The notes beneath the pieces were generated by a model. That model was not told where the DNA came from, made no database searches, and worked only from the letters and a program-made list of their open reading frames with translations. DNA of 61,667 bases, counting the filler, from Alphaproteobacteria bacterium (GTDB lineage: Bacteria; Pseudomonadota; Alphaproteobacteria; Caedimonadales; UBA9215), in NCBI GenBank assembly GCA_024280495.1. It is 7 parts of 7 records of this genome, joined end to end, with 100 filler letters (N's around TTAATTAATTAA, not from the genome) between each part and the next. Parts side by side here need not be neighbours in the genome. Positions count along the whole stretch, not along the records: positions 50,834 to 61,667 come from JAJRPZ010000062.1; 6 more parts are not named here. One strand, given 5' to 3'. The stretch's first letter is position 1; the number at the start of each line of letters is the position of its first letter. Below, piece after piece: positions 51,096 to 61,482 of the stretch. The position numbers were made by a program, and so were the translations under genes.

Positions 51096-51881
51096 TTAAG
51101 CCCCCCACCAATATATGGCAATAAATAGAAATAACCACACGGCATCCACAAAGTGCCAATACCAGGCGGCCGCATCAAATCCAAAATGATCCCCTTTTTT
51201 AAAATGGCCTTTCTGGGCTCTGAAGTATGCAACTAAAAGAAAACAAACACCCACAAAAACATGAAAACCGTGAAATCCTGTCGCCATATAAAATGTAGAA
51301 GGGTAAATACCGCCGCTAAAAGCAAAAGTTGCATGGGAGTACTCATACATCTGAACACCTAGGAATAAAATTCCAATACCAATGGTGATAAGAGTGAGGC
51401 GCATCATCTCTTTTATGTGGCCTTTTGCCATGGCATCATGAGCCCAGGTAATAGTCGTTCCTGAAAGAAGCAGGAGTAATGTATTAAAATAAGGAAGATC
51501 CCAAGCATTTAAGGTTTCAATACTTTTTGGAGGCCACACATTTCCCATGGCTTCATTAGGATTGAGGGAAGCATTAAAATAGGCCCAGAAAAAAGCAACA
51601 AAAAACATAACTTCCGATGCGATAAATAATACCATTCCCCAACGAAAACCATGGCGAACTTGTTCCGTGTGCTCATTGGTTTTAGCTTCTTTAATAATGT
51701 CACGCCACCATCCATAAAGGGTAAAGAGTAAAAGGCCAAGGCCAGCATAAAAAACAAGAGGCGTAATCTCTCTTGCATATAAAATAATACCAGATAAAAG
51801 AATAAACAGAGACATAGAGCCAACAAAAGGCCAAGGGCTTGGATCTACAATATGAAAAGGATGTTTTTTAACTGACGACAT
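51096..51881 (-). CDS. ctaE: Cytochrome c oxidase subunit III
   Basis: HPFHIVDPSPWP, GMVLFIASEVMFF, FYMATGFHGFHV, AAWYWHFVD. Confidence 0.96.
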   Translation of the reverse strand: MSSVKKHPFHIVDPSPWPFVGSMSLFILLSGIILYAREITPLVFYAGLGLLLFTLYGWWRDIIKEAKTNEHTEQVRHGFRWGMVLFIASEVMFFVAFFWAYFNASLNPNEAMGNVWPPKSIETLNAWDLPYFNTLLLLLSGTTITWAHDAMAKGHIKEMMRLTLITIGIGILFLGVQMYEYSHATFAFSGGIYPSTFYMATGFHGFHVFVGVCFLLVAYFRAQKGHFKKGDHFGFDAAAWYWHFVDAVWLFLFIAIYWWGA

Positions 51882-52083
51882 TTGTTGGTCCTATTATTTT
51901 TATGGATCTTATAAATACGTAATTTTTTTTCAGTTTATCAAAAAAAAGGCTCCGTGGCTATAAGTATAGACGTTGTTCCTTATGTCTTTGTAAATAAAAA
52001 ATTAATCAACTCAGGGCAGCTTTGAATAGCACTGGAGAATGGCAAAACAAATGGAAAACTGCCATTTTAAACGCAATCTAACA

Positions 52084-52112
52084 ACTAAAATCACTCAATT
52101 CATTACACTTCC
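52084..52112 (+). repeat. 28-bp repeat, probable IS terminal repeat remnant
   Basis: ACTAAAATCACTCAATTCATTACACTTC vs 50929-50956 (1 mismatch). Confidence 0.6.
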
Positions 52113-52341
52113 AACACCTACAGTGATTGGCGAGGTCTGGATTTTTTTGAAATAACTGCAGACAAGGACTAAATTAAGTATAGACAGCCAAAGCAAAGGC
52201 AATACCAACAGCAACCTTGGTATAAATAAAAAGGTTCAAATATAAACGCAAAAAGAAACGAGACTCTCCCTCTTTAACTTTAAATAAGGTGCAAATAATA
52301 TCACCTGGCCACAAGATATACCTCACCAAAAGATTCATCAT

Positions 52342-53193
52342 CTAACGCCATCCCTTTTGACGCATAAGCTCATGATTAAATTGCGCGCCCAACAACAAAA
52401 AATATGTACTAAATTGCATAAAAAGCAAGAAAACAATAACCCCACCAAGGCTTTTATAAACGGTACTATAGGATGTAAAATTTTGAATATAATAAGAAAA
52501 AACATTGGAAAAAAGGACACAAAGAAACGAAGCTAACAAAGCTCCAGGTATAATTATTTTGGGCCGTTTTTGATGATTAGGCAACCCCCAATAAGCAGCT
52601 GCACAAAACAAAACCACTAGCGCAAGGGAAATAAGATATTCCACCCAAGTGAATACATCAAAGGATTCTAAAAAATCAAAAAGGGTTGTTATAATTGGAA
52701 AATTTGCTATCAAATCGGGGAAATAAGTTCCTAAGGCAGGAATAAAAACAAGAAATGCACTGGAAAACAAGACTACGGCAACAAGGGCCACAATCAACAG
52801 TAGACTTTGTCCGCGCTTGATAAAAAACGGTCTTGTTTCAGGGGCTTCATAGGCTTTATTCAAGGCTAAACGAATAGACTCAATCCCCGATGAAGAGACC
52901 CAGAAAATACCAATAATGGAAAAAGTAATCAAACTACGAGCAGGATTTGAAAATAAATTTTCAATAATAGGCATCACGACATTGCTAACTTCCTTGGGTA
53001 AATGCGAGGGCAATTGCAATACTAAATCTTGAATAGCCTCCGCCTGCCCAAAAAGAGACGCAACTGCAATCAATAAAATAATAAAGGGGAAAAAAGCCAG
53101 CAGAAATGTATAGGCCACAAACCCTGACGTTTCTAATAATTCATTATCAATGCTCTTTAAGATACTGCTCCAAAGAGCTTTCAAAATAAACAT
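52342..53193 (-). CDS. YihY/BrkB family membrane protein
   Basis: AY.FLLAFFP, ALNKAY, Y.TVY.SLGGVI..LL...LLLGAQFN. Confidence 0.9.
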   Translation of the reverse strand: MFILKALWSSILKSIDNELLETSGFVAYTFLLAFFPFIILLIAVASLFGQAEAIQDLVLQLPSHLPKEVSNVVMPIIENLFSNPARSLITFSIIGIFWVSSSGIESIRLALNKAYEAPETRPFFIKRGQSLLLIVALVAVVLFSSAFLVFIPALGTYFPDLIANFPIITTLFDFLESFDVFTWVEYLISLALVVLFCAAAYWGLPNHQKRPKIIIPGALLASFLCVLFSNVFSYYIQNFTSYSTVYKSLGGVIVFLLFMQFSTYFLLLGAQFNHELMRQKGWR

Positions 53194-53304
53194 ATGTTCT
53201 TCTCAGGTTCATTTAATAAAAAGTGCTCGATCACCGAACTCTTTACTATAGCACTTATGGATTATAACCCTTATGGAAAATCCTTTAAACCCTAGAATTC
53301 CCTT

Positions 53305-54687
53305 TTAAAATTTAATACGTGCGCCCATAAGAACAACCTTAATATAATTATAAGAAACCCCCGCATTAGGTCCACTCAACATGAATTGACGATATCCAAG
53401 GTAAACCTCCGTTGCAATACGATCCAGATTTTGAACAGCAAGAAGTCCAAAGGTCCTACCAACATATTTATCATTAGGGTGCCTTGTATCAAACAACATG
53501 CCGCTGAAGCGACCATAATCAAAGGCAAATGCCGTTATGCCTGCTTCAAAAAACTTGTGTTGATAACCAATTTTCCCCGTATAAGCCGTTCCTGTATTCA
53601 CATTAACATGTGCGCCACTTGTATTTTTCACGTTCCATTTCCGATTGACCACACCAGCAAAAAGACTAATACCATTTTTGAAGAGCACACCAGCAGAGCC
53701 ATTAACTTGCTTATAAGCTGCTTGTACCGCACTTACGTCCGTTGCCGAAGCCACATCTGTAACAGAGCGCGTCAAACTATTGCGCTGCATATAGGCAATT
53801 TGCGTACGAAATTTATGACCAGAAAATTCAGTGGCATATTTCAAAGTCGCATCCCAATTATGATTTTTTTCTTTAAAATAGTGACTTAACTGAAGGCTCA
53901 ACCCAGAAAACACAGGTGTATTATATCGAATACGGTTACGTCGAAACAGTCCATCCCCGCCATCAAAAACACGATCTGCTTTTGCGTTTTGTCCATCAAC
54001 GAGCACTTTAGTATTTCCCATTGTCTTTTTTGTAAAGACCGCACCACCCGCAATAAAGGACATAGATCCACCTGCAGATAAAACTGACGTGCCCGAAAGA
54101 TCCGTTGCTTCCATGGTGCTGTCAGATGCCGTTGAACCTTGACCAACATAAAGTTCACCAAAACGTTTATCTTTTATAAATAACTCAGCCTGACGAATGG
54201 TTGGCTTTGCACTACCATCACCGATACGATTTACATCAATTTGATCCGTGGAATTGGTCTCAATACCAAGGGAAAATGTTGCTCCCACCGTTATATCTGA
54301 ATTAAGTTCCCCCGTTCCTGTAATAATCAAACGTGAAGGAGACGTGTCGTTATCCACATGGGCAATATTTGTATTGGCGCCATTATTGGCGATCCATACG
54401 CCACGATTTATATGACCGCTAATTTTAAGACTCAAGGGGTTTTTAGTGCGCCGAATAATTGTTTTTTCAGAAGCCATTTTTGCATTCATTTCTGAGAAAA
54501 CAACATCACCTTGTTTTTTTTCAAGGTCACGAACACGCTTCAAGAGGGCTTCCACTTGATTTTTCAGTTGTTTAATTTCTGATGTACCCGCAGGTTTAGA
54601 AAACCCTTCCCCTGACGCCATCAAAAAAGAAAAGAAAACAACGCAAATTATCTTCCTCAGGCAATAACCATATGTATTCCTAAACAC
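53305..54687 (-). CDS. Outer membrane porin (alphaproteobacterial type)
   Basis: Signal peptide, short coiled coil, KISGHINR, 'FGELYVGQGSTASD', RIRYNTP.FSG, C-terminal GARIKF. Confidence 0.8.
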   Translation of the reverse strand: MFRNTYGYCLRKIICVVFFSFLMASGEGFSKPAGTSEIKQLKNQVEALLKRVRDLEKKQGDVVFSEMNAKMASEKTIIRRTKNPLSLKISGHINRGVWIANNGANTNIAHVDNDTSPSRLIITGTGELNSDITVGATFSLGIETNSTDQIDVNRIGDGSAKPTIRQAELFIKDKRFGELYVGQGSTASDSTMEATDLSGTSVLSAGGSMSFIAGGAVFTKKTMGNTKVLVDGQNAKADRVFDGGDGLFRRNRIRYNTPVFSGLSLQLSHYFKEKNHNWDATLKYATEFSGHKFRTQIAYMQRNSLTRSVTDVASATDVSAVQAAYKQVNGSAGVLFKNGISLFAGVVNRKWNVKNTSGAHVNVNTGTAYTGKIGYQHKFFEAGITAFAFDYGRFSGMLFDTRHPNDKYVGRTFGLLAVQNLDRIATEVYLGYRQFMLSGPNAGVSYNYIKVVLMGARIKF

Positions 54688-54923
54688 TATAATTCTTTCC
54701 TGTTTTTAAAACATATTTCAATAACTATATCATTTCAAATAAAAGAAAGAAGTTATAATTTTAATTTAATTTTTAGATGCTTCGAAAAAATTCACCTAAA
54801 GACCTTTGTGTTAACTTTGAAAACAGAGATTGTTGTTTTTCTAAATTAAGTTGACCGTGTTCCTTAACTGTCTATAATTGTAAACAGTACGTACTAAATA
54901 AAAAAATTGGAGAAGAAAAAGAA

Positions 54924-55445
54924 ATGTATTATCATAAAAAAATTCGTATCATAACTCTATTTTCTTGCGCAATATTAATAACAACTCTACTTCAGGCTTC
55001 TTCATTTCATGATGAGGAGACAGACTCATACCTTTTTTCATCTCAAAGGATAAATGAATTGCGAGGCCAAAGTGTTAAAAATTACCAAGAGTATGACATT
55101 ATCTTAACTGTAGGCTTTATGAAGGATTTATCTACATACCTGGTTTCCTCTAAATTTTTAAAAGATATGGAGGGTTTTTATCAGAGCAATAATATAAAAG
55201 AATACAAAATGGTAGCCCAAAATCTTTATGATTTACATTTCTCAGATGAAAAAAAAGCTTTTAAAATTTCTTTAGCCATTTTCGATACTATTTTTGAAAA
55301 AGAACAACAGGAAGAACTAAGCTCACTTTCAGAAAATCTTTCGGAAAATTTAAAAAACCTAATAATTAATGTCGTCAAAGAAAACATAAATGAAGCTTGC
55401 GGGTTAGCTCTTTTACTAGAGAGCCGATATGGCGTTAATGATTGA
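54924..55445 (+). CDS. Hypothetical secreted protein
   Basis: 173-aa ORF with a GGAG RBS and a signal-peptide-like N-terminus; no recognisable domain. Confidence 0.6.
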   Translation: MYYHKKIRIITLFSCAILITTLLQASSFHDEETDSYLFSSQRINELRGQSVKNYQEYDIILTVGFMKDLSTYLVSSKFLKDMEGFYQSNNIKEYKMVAQNLYDLHFSDEKKAFKISLAIFDTIFEKEQQEELSSLSENLSENLKNLIINVVKENINEACGLALLLESRYGVND

Positions 55446-55449
55446 ACCA

Positions 55450-55536
55450 TATAGCTGGTTCAAAAAGGTTCCAGTCTAGGAGCGAGGGACCAATGCCTAT
55501 AACTTATAGGCGCGGGAGTGATGGAATTGTAATATA
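55450..55536 (+). repeat. Internally deleted copy of the 107-bp palindromic repeat
   Basis: TATAGCTGGTTCAAAAAGGTTCCAGTCTAGGAGCGAGGGACCAATGCCTATAACTTATAGGCGCGGGAGTGA, then a jump to the TGGAA... end. Confidence 0.82.
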
Positions 55537-55565
55537 GTAGGTGTTAATTTAGATTTTATAGAACT

Positions 55566-55596
55566 CTCTGCAAAAGTTATTTTGCAGAGTTTTTTT
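55566..55596 (+). terminator. Intrinsic terminator
   Basis: CTCTGCAAAA-GTTA-TTTTGCAGAG followed by T7. Confidence 0.7.
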
Positions 55597-55663
55597 CTAT
55601 TCGGCGGCAGAAGGTAAACTTGTGTTGTGGCCCTAAAAGAGTTATGCTAAGAGCACCTTTCAC

Positions 55664-57490
55664 ATGGACGCAACCTTTTATGAAAAAGCCTTTATGAAAA
55701 AGAATAAAAGCGAAAAATCTATAATTTCATTTGTTAAAGACCGATCAACTCAAAGGTTGATTAAGCGTCTTATTGATTATGCACGTCCTTATTCAGGGAA
55801 AATTTTTCTTGGGTTGATTTGCATGATTGTTGTGGCGGCCACAACGGCAGCCTCTGCAAAGCTCATGAAGCCTATTATCAATGATATCTTTTTGGACCAG
55901 CGCAAAGACATGCTTTGGCCCGTGACAGCGAGCATTTTTTTTGTATTTTTTTTCAAGGGACTTTTTGGATATGGAGAATCCGTGTACATGGCTTTTGTGG
56001 GAAATAAAATCATTGCCGATGTGCAAAAAGATTTTTTCAAAACCCTTATTAATGCGGATCTCAAATTTTTTCAAAACACTCAAACGGGAGATCTCGTTTC
56101 CCGTTTTGTGAACGATGTGAGCAAGCTCAATACCGCCATTACGGGTACCCTTTCCAGCATTGGAAAAGATTCTTTAACATTTTTGTTTTTTATTATCATC
56201 ATGTTTGATGAGGATTGGAAACTAGCCGCTGTTGTGTTTGTAATACTCCCCATTGCCATCCTTCCCGTTGTGACTATTGGGCGAAAAATGCGTAAAACTT
56301 CCACCAAAGTTCAAGAGTATACATCGGACCTTACAAGCCTTTTGACTCAATCCTTTCAAGGTGTGCGCATGATTAAGTCCTATTGCCTTGAAACCTATGA
56401 AATCTCGAAAATGTCCGTGGTCATTGATCATGTTTTTAACCGCACCCTTAAAGGCGTTCGAACAAAAGCCCTTAGTCACCCTATTATGGAGTTCCTAGGG
56501 GGCATTGCCATTGCCGTTGTTATCTTCTATGGAGGGTCTCAGGTCATTCAAGGCAATCATTCACCTGGGGCGTTTTTTACATTTTTAACAGCCTTGATCA
56601 TGAGTTACGAGCCTCTTAAACGTCTGGCGAACCTCAATGCTACCCTTCAAGAACAGTTAGCTGCTGCAAGTCGTGTTTTCTCTCTTATGGATCATAAAAA
56701 TACTGTAATCGATGCAGAAAATGCCTCTGACATTAAAATTACAAAAGGCGAGATCTCTTTTAAAGACGTTTCTTTTTCCTATGACCCAAAAACACTTATT
56801 TTAAATAAAATAACGGCCATCTTAAAACCAGGACAGCGTGCTGCCCTTGTGGGGCCAAGTGGCGGTGGAAAATCGACCCTCATGAATTTAGTGCCTCGTT
56901 TCTTTGATACGACGACAGGCGATATCTTTATTGATGGAGAAAATATAAAAGGGGCCACCCTTTCTTCTTTGCGCGCTCAAATAGCCCTGGTTAGCCAAGA
57001 AGTTGTTCTTTTTGATGACACTATTTCTAATAACATCCGTTTTGGACAAAGTGATGCAAAAAATATCCCACAAGGAGATATTATTAAGGCGGCAAAAGCC
57101 GCTGCTGCCCACGATTTTATTATGGACCTTCCCCATGGATACGACACACGTATTGGCGAACAAGGGTTGCGTTTATCTGGTGGACAACGTCAACGGCTCT
57201 CCATTGCCCGTGCTTTTTTAAAAGACGCACCAATTTTATTGATGGATGAGCCGACCTCTGCCCTTGATACAGAATCAGAGCAGAAAATTCAACGGGCTCT
57301 CGAGGCACTTATGGAAGGGCGTCCCACCTTAACCATTGCCCATAGACTTTCTACTATTCGAGGATCCCATGTGATTTTTGTCATGGAGGATGGACAAATA
57401 ACCGATCAAGGTACGCACCAAGACTTGATGAAAAAAAGCAAAAGGTATCAAATGCTTTCTTCGTTGAAAATCCAAGGAGAGCATGTCTAA
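55664..57490 (+). CDS. msbA: Lipid A flippase MsbA-like ABC transporter
   Basis: ABC TM domain plus GPSGGGKST, LSGGQRQR, DEPTSALD; heads the lipid A operon. Confidence 0.85.
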   Translation: MDATFYEKAFMKKNKSEKSIISFVKDRSTQRLIKRLIDYARPYSGKIFLGLICMIVVAATTAASAKLMKPIINDIFLDQRKDMLWPVTASIFFVFFFKGLFGYGESVYMAFVGNKIIADVQKDFFKTLINADLKFFQNTQTGDLVSRFVNDVSKLNTAITGTLSSIGKDSLTFLFFIIIMFDEDWKLAAVVFVILPIAILPVVTIGRKMRKTSTKVQEYTSDLTSLLTQSFQGVRMIKSYCLETYEISKMSVVIDHVFNRTLKGVRTKALSHPIMEFLGGIAIAVVIFYGGSQVIQGNHSPGAFFTFLTALIMSYEPLKRLANLNATLQEQLAAASRVFSLMDHKNTVIDAENASDIKITKGEISFKDVSFSYDPKTLILNKITAILKPGQRAALVGPSGGGKSTLMNLVPRFFDTTTGDIFIDGENIKGATLSSLRAQIALVSQEVVLFDDTISNNIRFGQSDAKNIPQGDIIKAAKAAAAHDFIMDLPHGYDTRIGEQGLRLSGGQRQRLSIARAFLKDAPILLMDEPTSALDTESEQKIQRALEALMEGRPTLTIAHRLSTIRGSHVIFVMEDGQITDQGTHQDLMKKSKRYQMLSSLKIQGEHV

Positions 57491-58224
57491 TGTCCTCTCC
57501 TAAGTTTCACAAACGTATTTTAAAAAGTGACCTTTTTAACCGTTTTGTAGCGCGTCTTGCCTGGGGATATATTAAGCTTGTGAAACGAACGTCTTCTTGG
57601 ACTGTTTTGAATGAAGAGATCCCAAAAAAATATCTTGAGGATGACAAGCCCTTTATTCTTGTTTTTTGGCATAATCGCCTTCTTTTAAATGTTTTATGTT
57701 GGACTTTTAAAACCCCCATTCATATGCTCATTTCAAAACATTCTGATGGTAGATTGATTTCACAAGTCATGACTAATTTTCATATCCATACCATTGCGGG
57801 TTCCACAAATAAAGAGGGGGTTGCTGCCTTACGTTTGCTTTTAAAAACTTTGAAATCTGGCCATTGTGTTGGTATTACACCGGATGGGCCGCGGGGCCCG
57901 CGTTTTACTATTAGTGACGGAACCCTTGCTTTGGCACGGTTATCTGGCGCTGATATCATTCCTTGTATGTCAAGCACCAGTAAACGGAAAATTCTTTCAT
58001 CATGGGATCGTTTTCTTGTGGGACTCCCCTTCAGTAAGGGATGCTTCGCTTGGGGTGACCCCCTTCATATTCCAAGAAAAGCCACAAAAGAAGATTTAGA
58101 AATACTGAAGGAAAAACTTTTCACCAACATGATTAAGGCGTGCGACCAAGGAGACAATCATTGTGGACATCAGCCTTTTTTTACCCTTCCTATTCACAAA
58201 TCGACAAAAGGATCTAAAAAATAA
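57490..58224 (+). CDS. DUF374 lysophospholipid acyltransferase family protein
   Basis: FWHNR, S.HSDG, ITPDGPRGP, SWDRF...LPFS. Confidence 0.88.
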   Translation: MSSPKFHKRILKSDLFNRFVARLAWGYIKLVKRTSSWTVLNEEIPKKYLEDDKPFILVFWHNRLLLNVLCWTFKTPIHMLISKHSDGRLISQVMTNFHIHTIAGSTNKEGVAALRLLLKTLKSGHCVGITPDGPRGPRFTISDGTLALARLSGADIIPCMSSTSKRKILSSWDRFLVGLPFSKGCFAWGDPLHIPRKATKEDLEILKEKLFTNMIKACDQGDNHCGHQPFFTLPIHKSTKGSKK

Positions 58225-59537
58225 TGATCCTTTTTATCTATCGCTGTTTGACACGTTTTTTATATATTCCTTACCGGTCCATTATTTTGAAATGGCGTGT
58301 TTCAAAAGGCAAAGAAGATCCAGTCAGATATCAAGAACGTCTAGGTTACTCTCCTTATGGGCGTTTATCTTGGGTGGATAAGCTCATCTGGATTCATGGT
58401 GCCAGTGTGGGAGAATCCCTGTCTTTGATCCCCCTCATTGATGCTCTGGTAAAACAATATCCCCATCATCAAATTTTAATGACATCTGGGACGAAAACGT
58501 CCGCTGATCTTATGGCAATACGACTTCCAGAATCCGTTATTCATCAATATGCCCCTTTAGAATTTACTCCCTGTATTAATCGGTTTTTAAATCATTGGAA
58601 GCCAGACCTTGGTATTTGGGTAGAGTCCGAATTGTGGCCCAACCAAATTTTCAAAGCTCACAAACGCGGCATTCCTTTAGTACTTGTAAATATGCGTTTG
58701 TCTCAAAAATCCCTTGAAAAATGGTTGTTGATTCCCCTTTTTTTTAAACGTCTTTTTTCTTGTTTTAATATTGTATTTACACAAACTCAAAAATTAAAAA
58801 CTGACCTCGAAAGTCTTCATTTTTCCAATGTGCACTTTTCAGGAAATCTCAAAAATGCTCTTGCAAAACCTGCTTTAGACTTTGATTTTATAGCCTCATT
58901 GGAAAATGCTTTAGGGAATAAAAAGCCTTGGATGGCTGCCAGTACGCACAAGAGAGAAGAGCAACTCATTCTAGCTACCCATAAGGCTCTCAAGAAAAAA
59001 CATAAAAATGCGTTTCTCATTTTAGCCCCGAGACATCCAGAACGCACCTCAGATATTTTAAAGCTTTGTGCTCCTTTAAACCTATCTGTAACTCTTTATT
59101 CCACCTGGATTAAAGATAAAAAACCTTTTAAATCCGATGTTTTTTTTATAGATGTTATGGGGGTTATAGCCCCTCTTTTTCATGTGAGTCAACTGGTTTT
59201 TATCGGAGGTTCCCTTATTCCTAATATTGGCGGCCATAATATTTTCGAGCCTCTTTTGCAGGAAAAACTCACTCTACATGGTCCTCATATGCAAAATTTT
59301 TCGGAAGCCGTTGTTGAAGCCCAAGAAGCAAATGCTAGTATCTGTGTTCAAGATCAAAAAGAACTGGAACAAACGCTTTTTTCTTTTTATGATGTCCCTG
59401 AGTCCATTACGTCTTATGAAAAAAATGCGAAAATTTTTATGGCAGAGCAAAATAAAATTGTCCCGTCTATTATGAGCGCTCTCAAGCCTTATTTAGAAAC
59501 TAAAAATGGTTTAGAGACAAAAAAGGTGAAAATATGA
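58224..59537 (+). CDS. waaA: Kdo transferase
   Basis: IWIHGASVGE, ESELWPN, AASTH..EE, APRHPER, GGHNIFEP. Confidence 0.96.
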   Translation: MILFIYRCLTRFLYIPYRSIILKWRVSKGKEDPVRYQERLGYSPYGRLSWVDKLIWIHGASVGESLSLIPLIDALVKQYPHHQILMTSGTKTSADLMAIRLPESVIHQYAPLEFTPCINRFLNHWKPDLGIWVESELWPNQIFKAHKRGIPLVLVNMRLSQKSLEKWLLIPLFFKRLFSCFNIVFTQTQKLKTDLESLHFSNVHFSGNLKNALAKPALDFDFIASLENALGNKKPWMAASTHKREEQLILATHKALKKKHKNAFLILAPRHPERTSDILKLCAPLNLSVTLYSTWIKDKKPFKSDVFFIDVMGVIAPLFHVSQLVFIGGSLIPNIGGHNIFEPLLQEKLTLHGPHMQNFSEAVVEAQEANASICVQDQKELEQTLFSFYDVPESITSYEKNAKIFMAEQNKIVPSIMSALKPYLETKNGLETKKVKI

Positions 59538-60562
59538 CTCCTCCTGACTTTTGGTATGATCCAACCAAACCAGTTTTCTTTTTAAAACGCTTTTTCCTTT
59601 GGGTTTTGTCTCTTCTTATTTACGCAGGAGGGCGTTTGCGCACGGCTTTTATTATTCGGAAAAAATCTCCTATTCCTGTTATTTGCATTGGAAACTTTAC
59701 CGTAGGAGGAGCTGGTAAAACACCAACCACCCTCTATTTTGCACGATATTTTAAAGACCTTGGTATGAACGTCTCTATTCTTTCACGGGGATATAGAGGT
59801 CGCCTTCAAGGTCCTTTATTTGTTGACCCGTCTCAACATTCTGTCTTTGATGTGGGAGATGAACCTCTTATGATGGCACATTATTACCCTGTTTACATTT
59901 CAAGGAATCGTTACCAAGGAGCCATGTTGGCCGCAAAAAATGGCGCTGATATTATTCTTATGGATGATGGGTTACAGCATCCCCGCCTTTATCAAGACTT
60001 TAAAATTTCTGTCATTGATGCAAAAAAAGGCTTTGGAAACCTCAAACTTTTACCTGCAGGACCATTACGGGAACCTCTAGATTATGCCCTTAAGAGGGTT
60101 GATGCTTTTGTCTCCATTTCAACAAATGATAAAACACGTTTTCATTTTGATAGGTCCTCCTCTTATTCAAAGCCCAAAAACACACCTCATTTTCGTGCAG
60201 TGATCAGTATTAACGACTCAGACAGAAGAAAATTAAAAGGTAAGAAACTTATGGCCTTTGCTGGTCTTGCCCATCCTGATAAGTTTTTTACAACGCTCTC
60301 TGAAGAGAATTTTAATGTCTTGAAAAAATTTACCTTTCCTGATCATCATTTTTATACAAATGAAGAACTTGACCATTTAAAACAAAGGGCTGAATCTGAA
60401 AAAGCACATCTCGTGACAACGGAAAAAGATTGGGTCCGTTTACCAAAGAAGTTTCAGAATCATATAACCCCCTTGCGCATTACCCTTGAATTTGAAAACC
60501 CTGATGCTTTCAAGGATATATTGGCTCCTTTTGTAAAAAAGATAAAAAAGGTAGAAAAATGA
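59534..60562 (+). CDS. lpxK: Tetraacyldisaccharide 4'-kinase
   Basis: GNFTVGGAGKTP, LSRGY, GDEP, DDGLQ, LPAGPLREP, TTEKD. Confidence 0.96.
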   Translation: MTPPDFWYDPTKPVFFLKRFFLWVLSLLIYAGGRLRTAFIIRKKSPIPVICIGNFTVGGAGKTPTTLYFARYFKDLGMNVSILSRGYRGRLQGPLFVDPSQHSVFDVGDEPLMMAHYYPVYISRNRYQGAMLAAKNGADIILMDDGLQHPRLYQDFKISVIDAKKGFGNLKLLPAGPLREPLDYALKRVDAFVSISTNDKTRFHFDRSSSYSKPKNTPHFRAVISINDSDRRKLKGKKLMAFAGLAHPDKFFTTLSEENFNVLKKFTFPDHHFYTNEELDHLKQRAESEKAHLVTTEKDWVRLPKKFQNHITPLRITLEFENPDAFKDILAPFVKKIKKVEK

Positions 60563-61482
60563 AACGTTTTTTAAAACGCTGTTTAAAATATATTGGGTAT
60601 CCTTTTGAAGCAGCATTTTTTCTCATCATTCCCATATGCGGTGTTCTTTTTCCATTTTCCTGGAACTCTGCCATTGGTGGTTGGCTTTTTTCCACCCTTG
60701 GGCCTCTTATTAAAGCTAAAAATAAAATTATTTATCGAAATTTAGAGCTTGCTGGATTTGATTATAATGAGGCTCAAAAGAAAAAACTCATTAAAAAAAT
60801 GTGGGAAAATTTAGGGCGTACTTCTTTTGAATATACGCGCCTTCCTGGCCAAGATCCTTTTGGGCCTAACAGCCCTTATACTATTGAAGGTATAGAACAT
60901 ATCGATAAGCTTATTAATGATGGGAAGCCAGGGCTTCTTTTTTCTGCTCATATGGGCAACTGGGAAGTTGGCACTCATGTTGCTCAAAAACGGGGGCTTG
61001 TTACAGCCCAAGTCACACGATTTTTAAACAATCCCCTTGTTCGCTATATGGTAAATACGATCCATGGCCGTGTTGCAAGAAAAGTCATTCCAAAAAGTGA
61101 TGCAGGAGCAAGAGACATCATTCGAGAACTCAAAGCAGGCAATCATGTGTCTATGCTGGGTGATCAAAAAATGGATCAAGGTGAATCCATTCCCTTTTTC
61201 ACGAAAAACGCAATGACGGCTAAAGCCTTTGCTCGCATGGTCCTAAAATTCGACTGCCCCCTTTTGCCTTTCCATGTTATTCGCCAAAAGGGCGTAAGAT
61301 GCAAAGTTATTTATTATCCTCCCTTAGAGGTTCCTCATTCAGGGACTTCTGCAGAAAAAACAACGGCTCTTTTATGCCAAATGAATACGCACATTGAAAA
61401 TTGGATTAAGGAGATTCCAGATCAATGGTTTTGGGTTCATCGACGCTGGCCAAAAGACCACTATAATTCTTCACAAGAATGA
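60559..61482 (+). CDS. lpxL: Lipid A late acyltransferase (LpxL/HtrB family)
   Basis: SAHMGNWE, LGDQ, PDQWFWVHRRW. Confidence 0.88.
   Translation: MKRFLKRCLKYIGYPFEAAFFLIIPICGVLFPFSWNSAIGGWLFSTLGPLIKAKNKIIYRNLELAGFDYNEAQKKKLIKKMWENLGRTSFEYTRLPGQDPFGPNSPYTIEGIEHIDKLINDGKPGLLFSAHMGNWEVGTHVAQKRGLVTAQVTRFLNNPLVRYMVNTIHGRVARKVIPKSDAGARDIIRELKAGNHVSMLGDQKMDQGESIPFFTKNAMTAKAFARMVLKFDCPLLPFHVIRQKGVRCKVIYYPPLEVPHSGTSAEKTTALLCQMNTHIENWIKEIPDQWFWVHRRWPKDHYNSSQE

Noticed and set aside
1194..61011. Numerous short antisense/overlapping ORFs in the track (e.g. 1451-1849, 53386-53889, 30773-31153)
   Set aside because: Shadows of well-supported genes, with no motifs or RBS.
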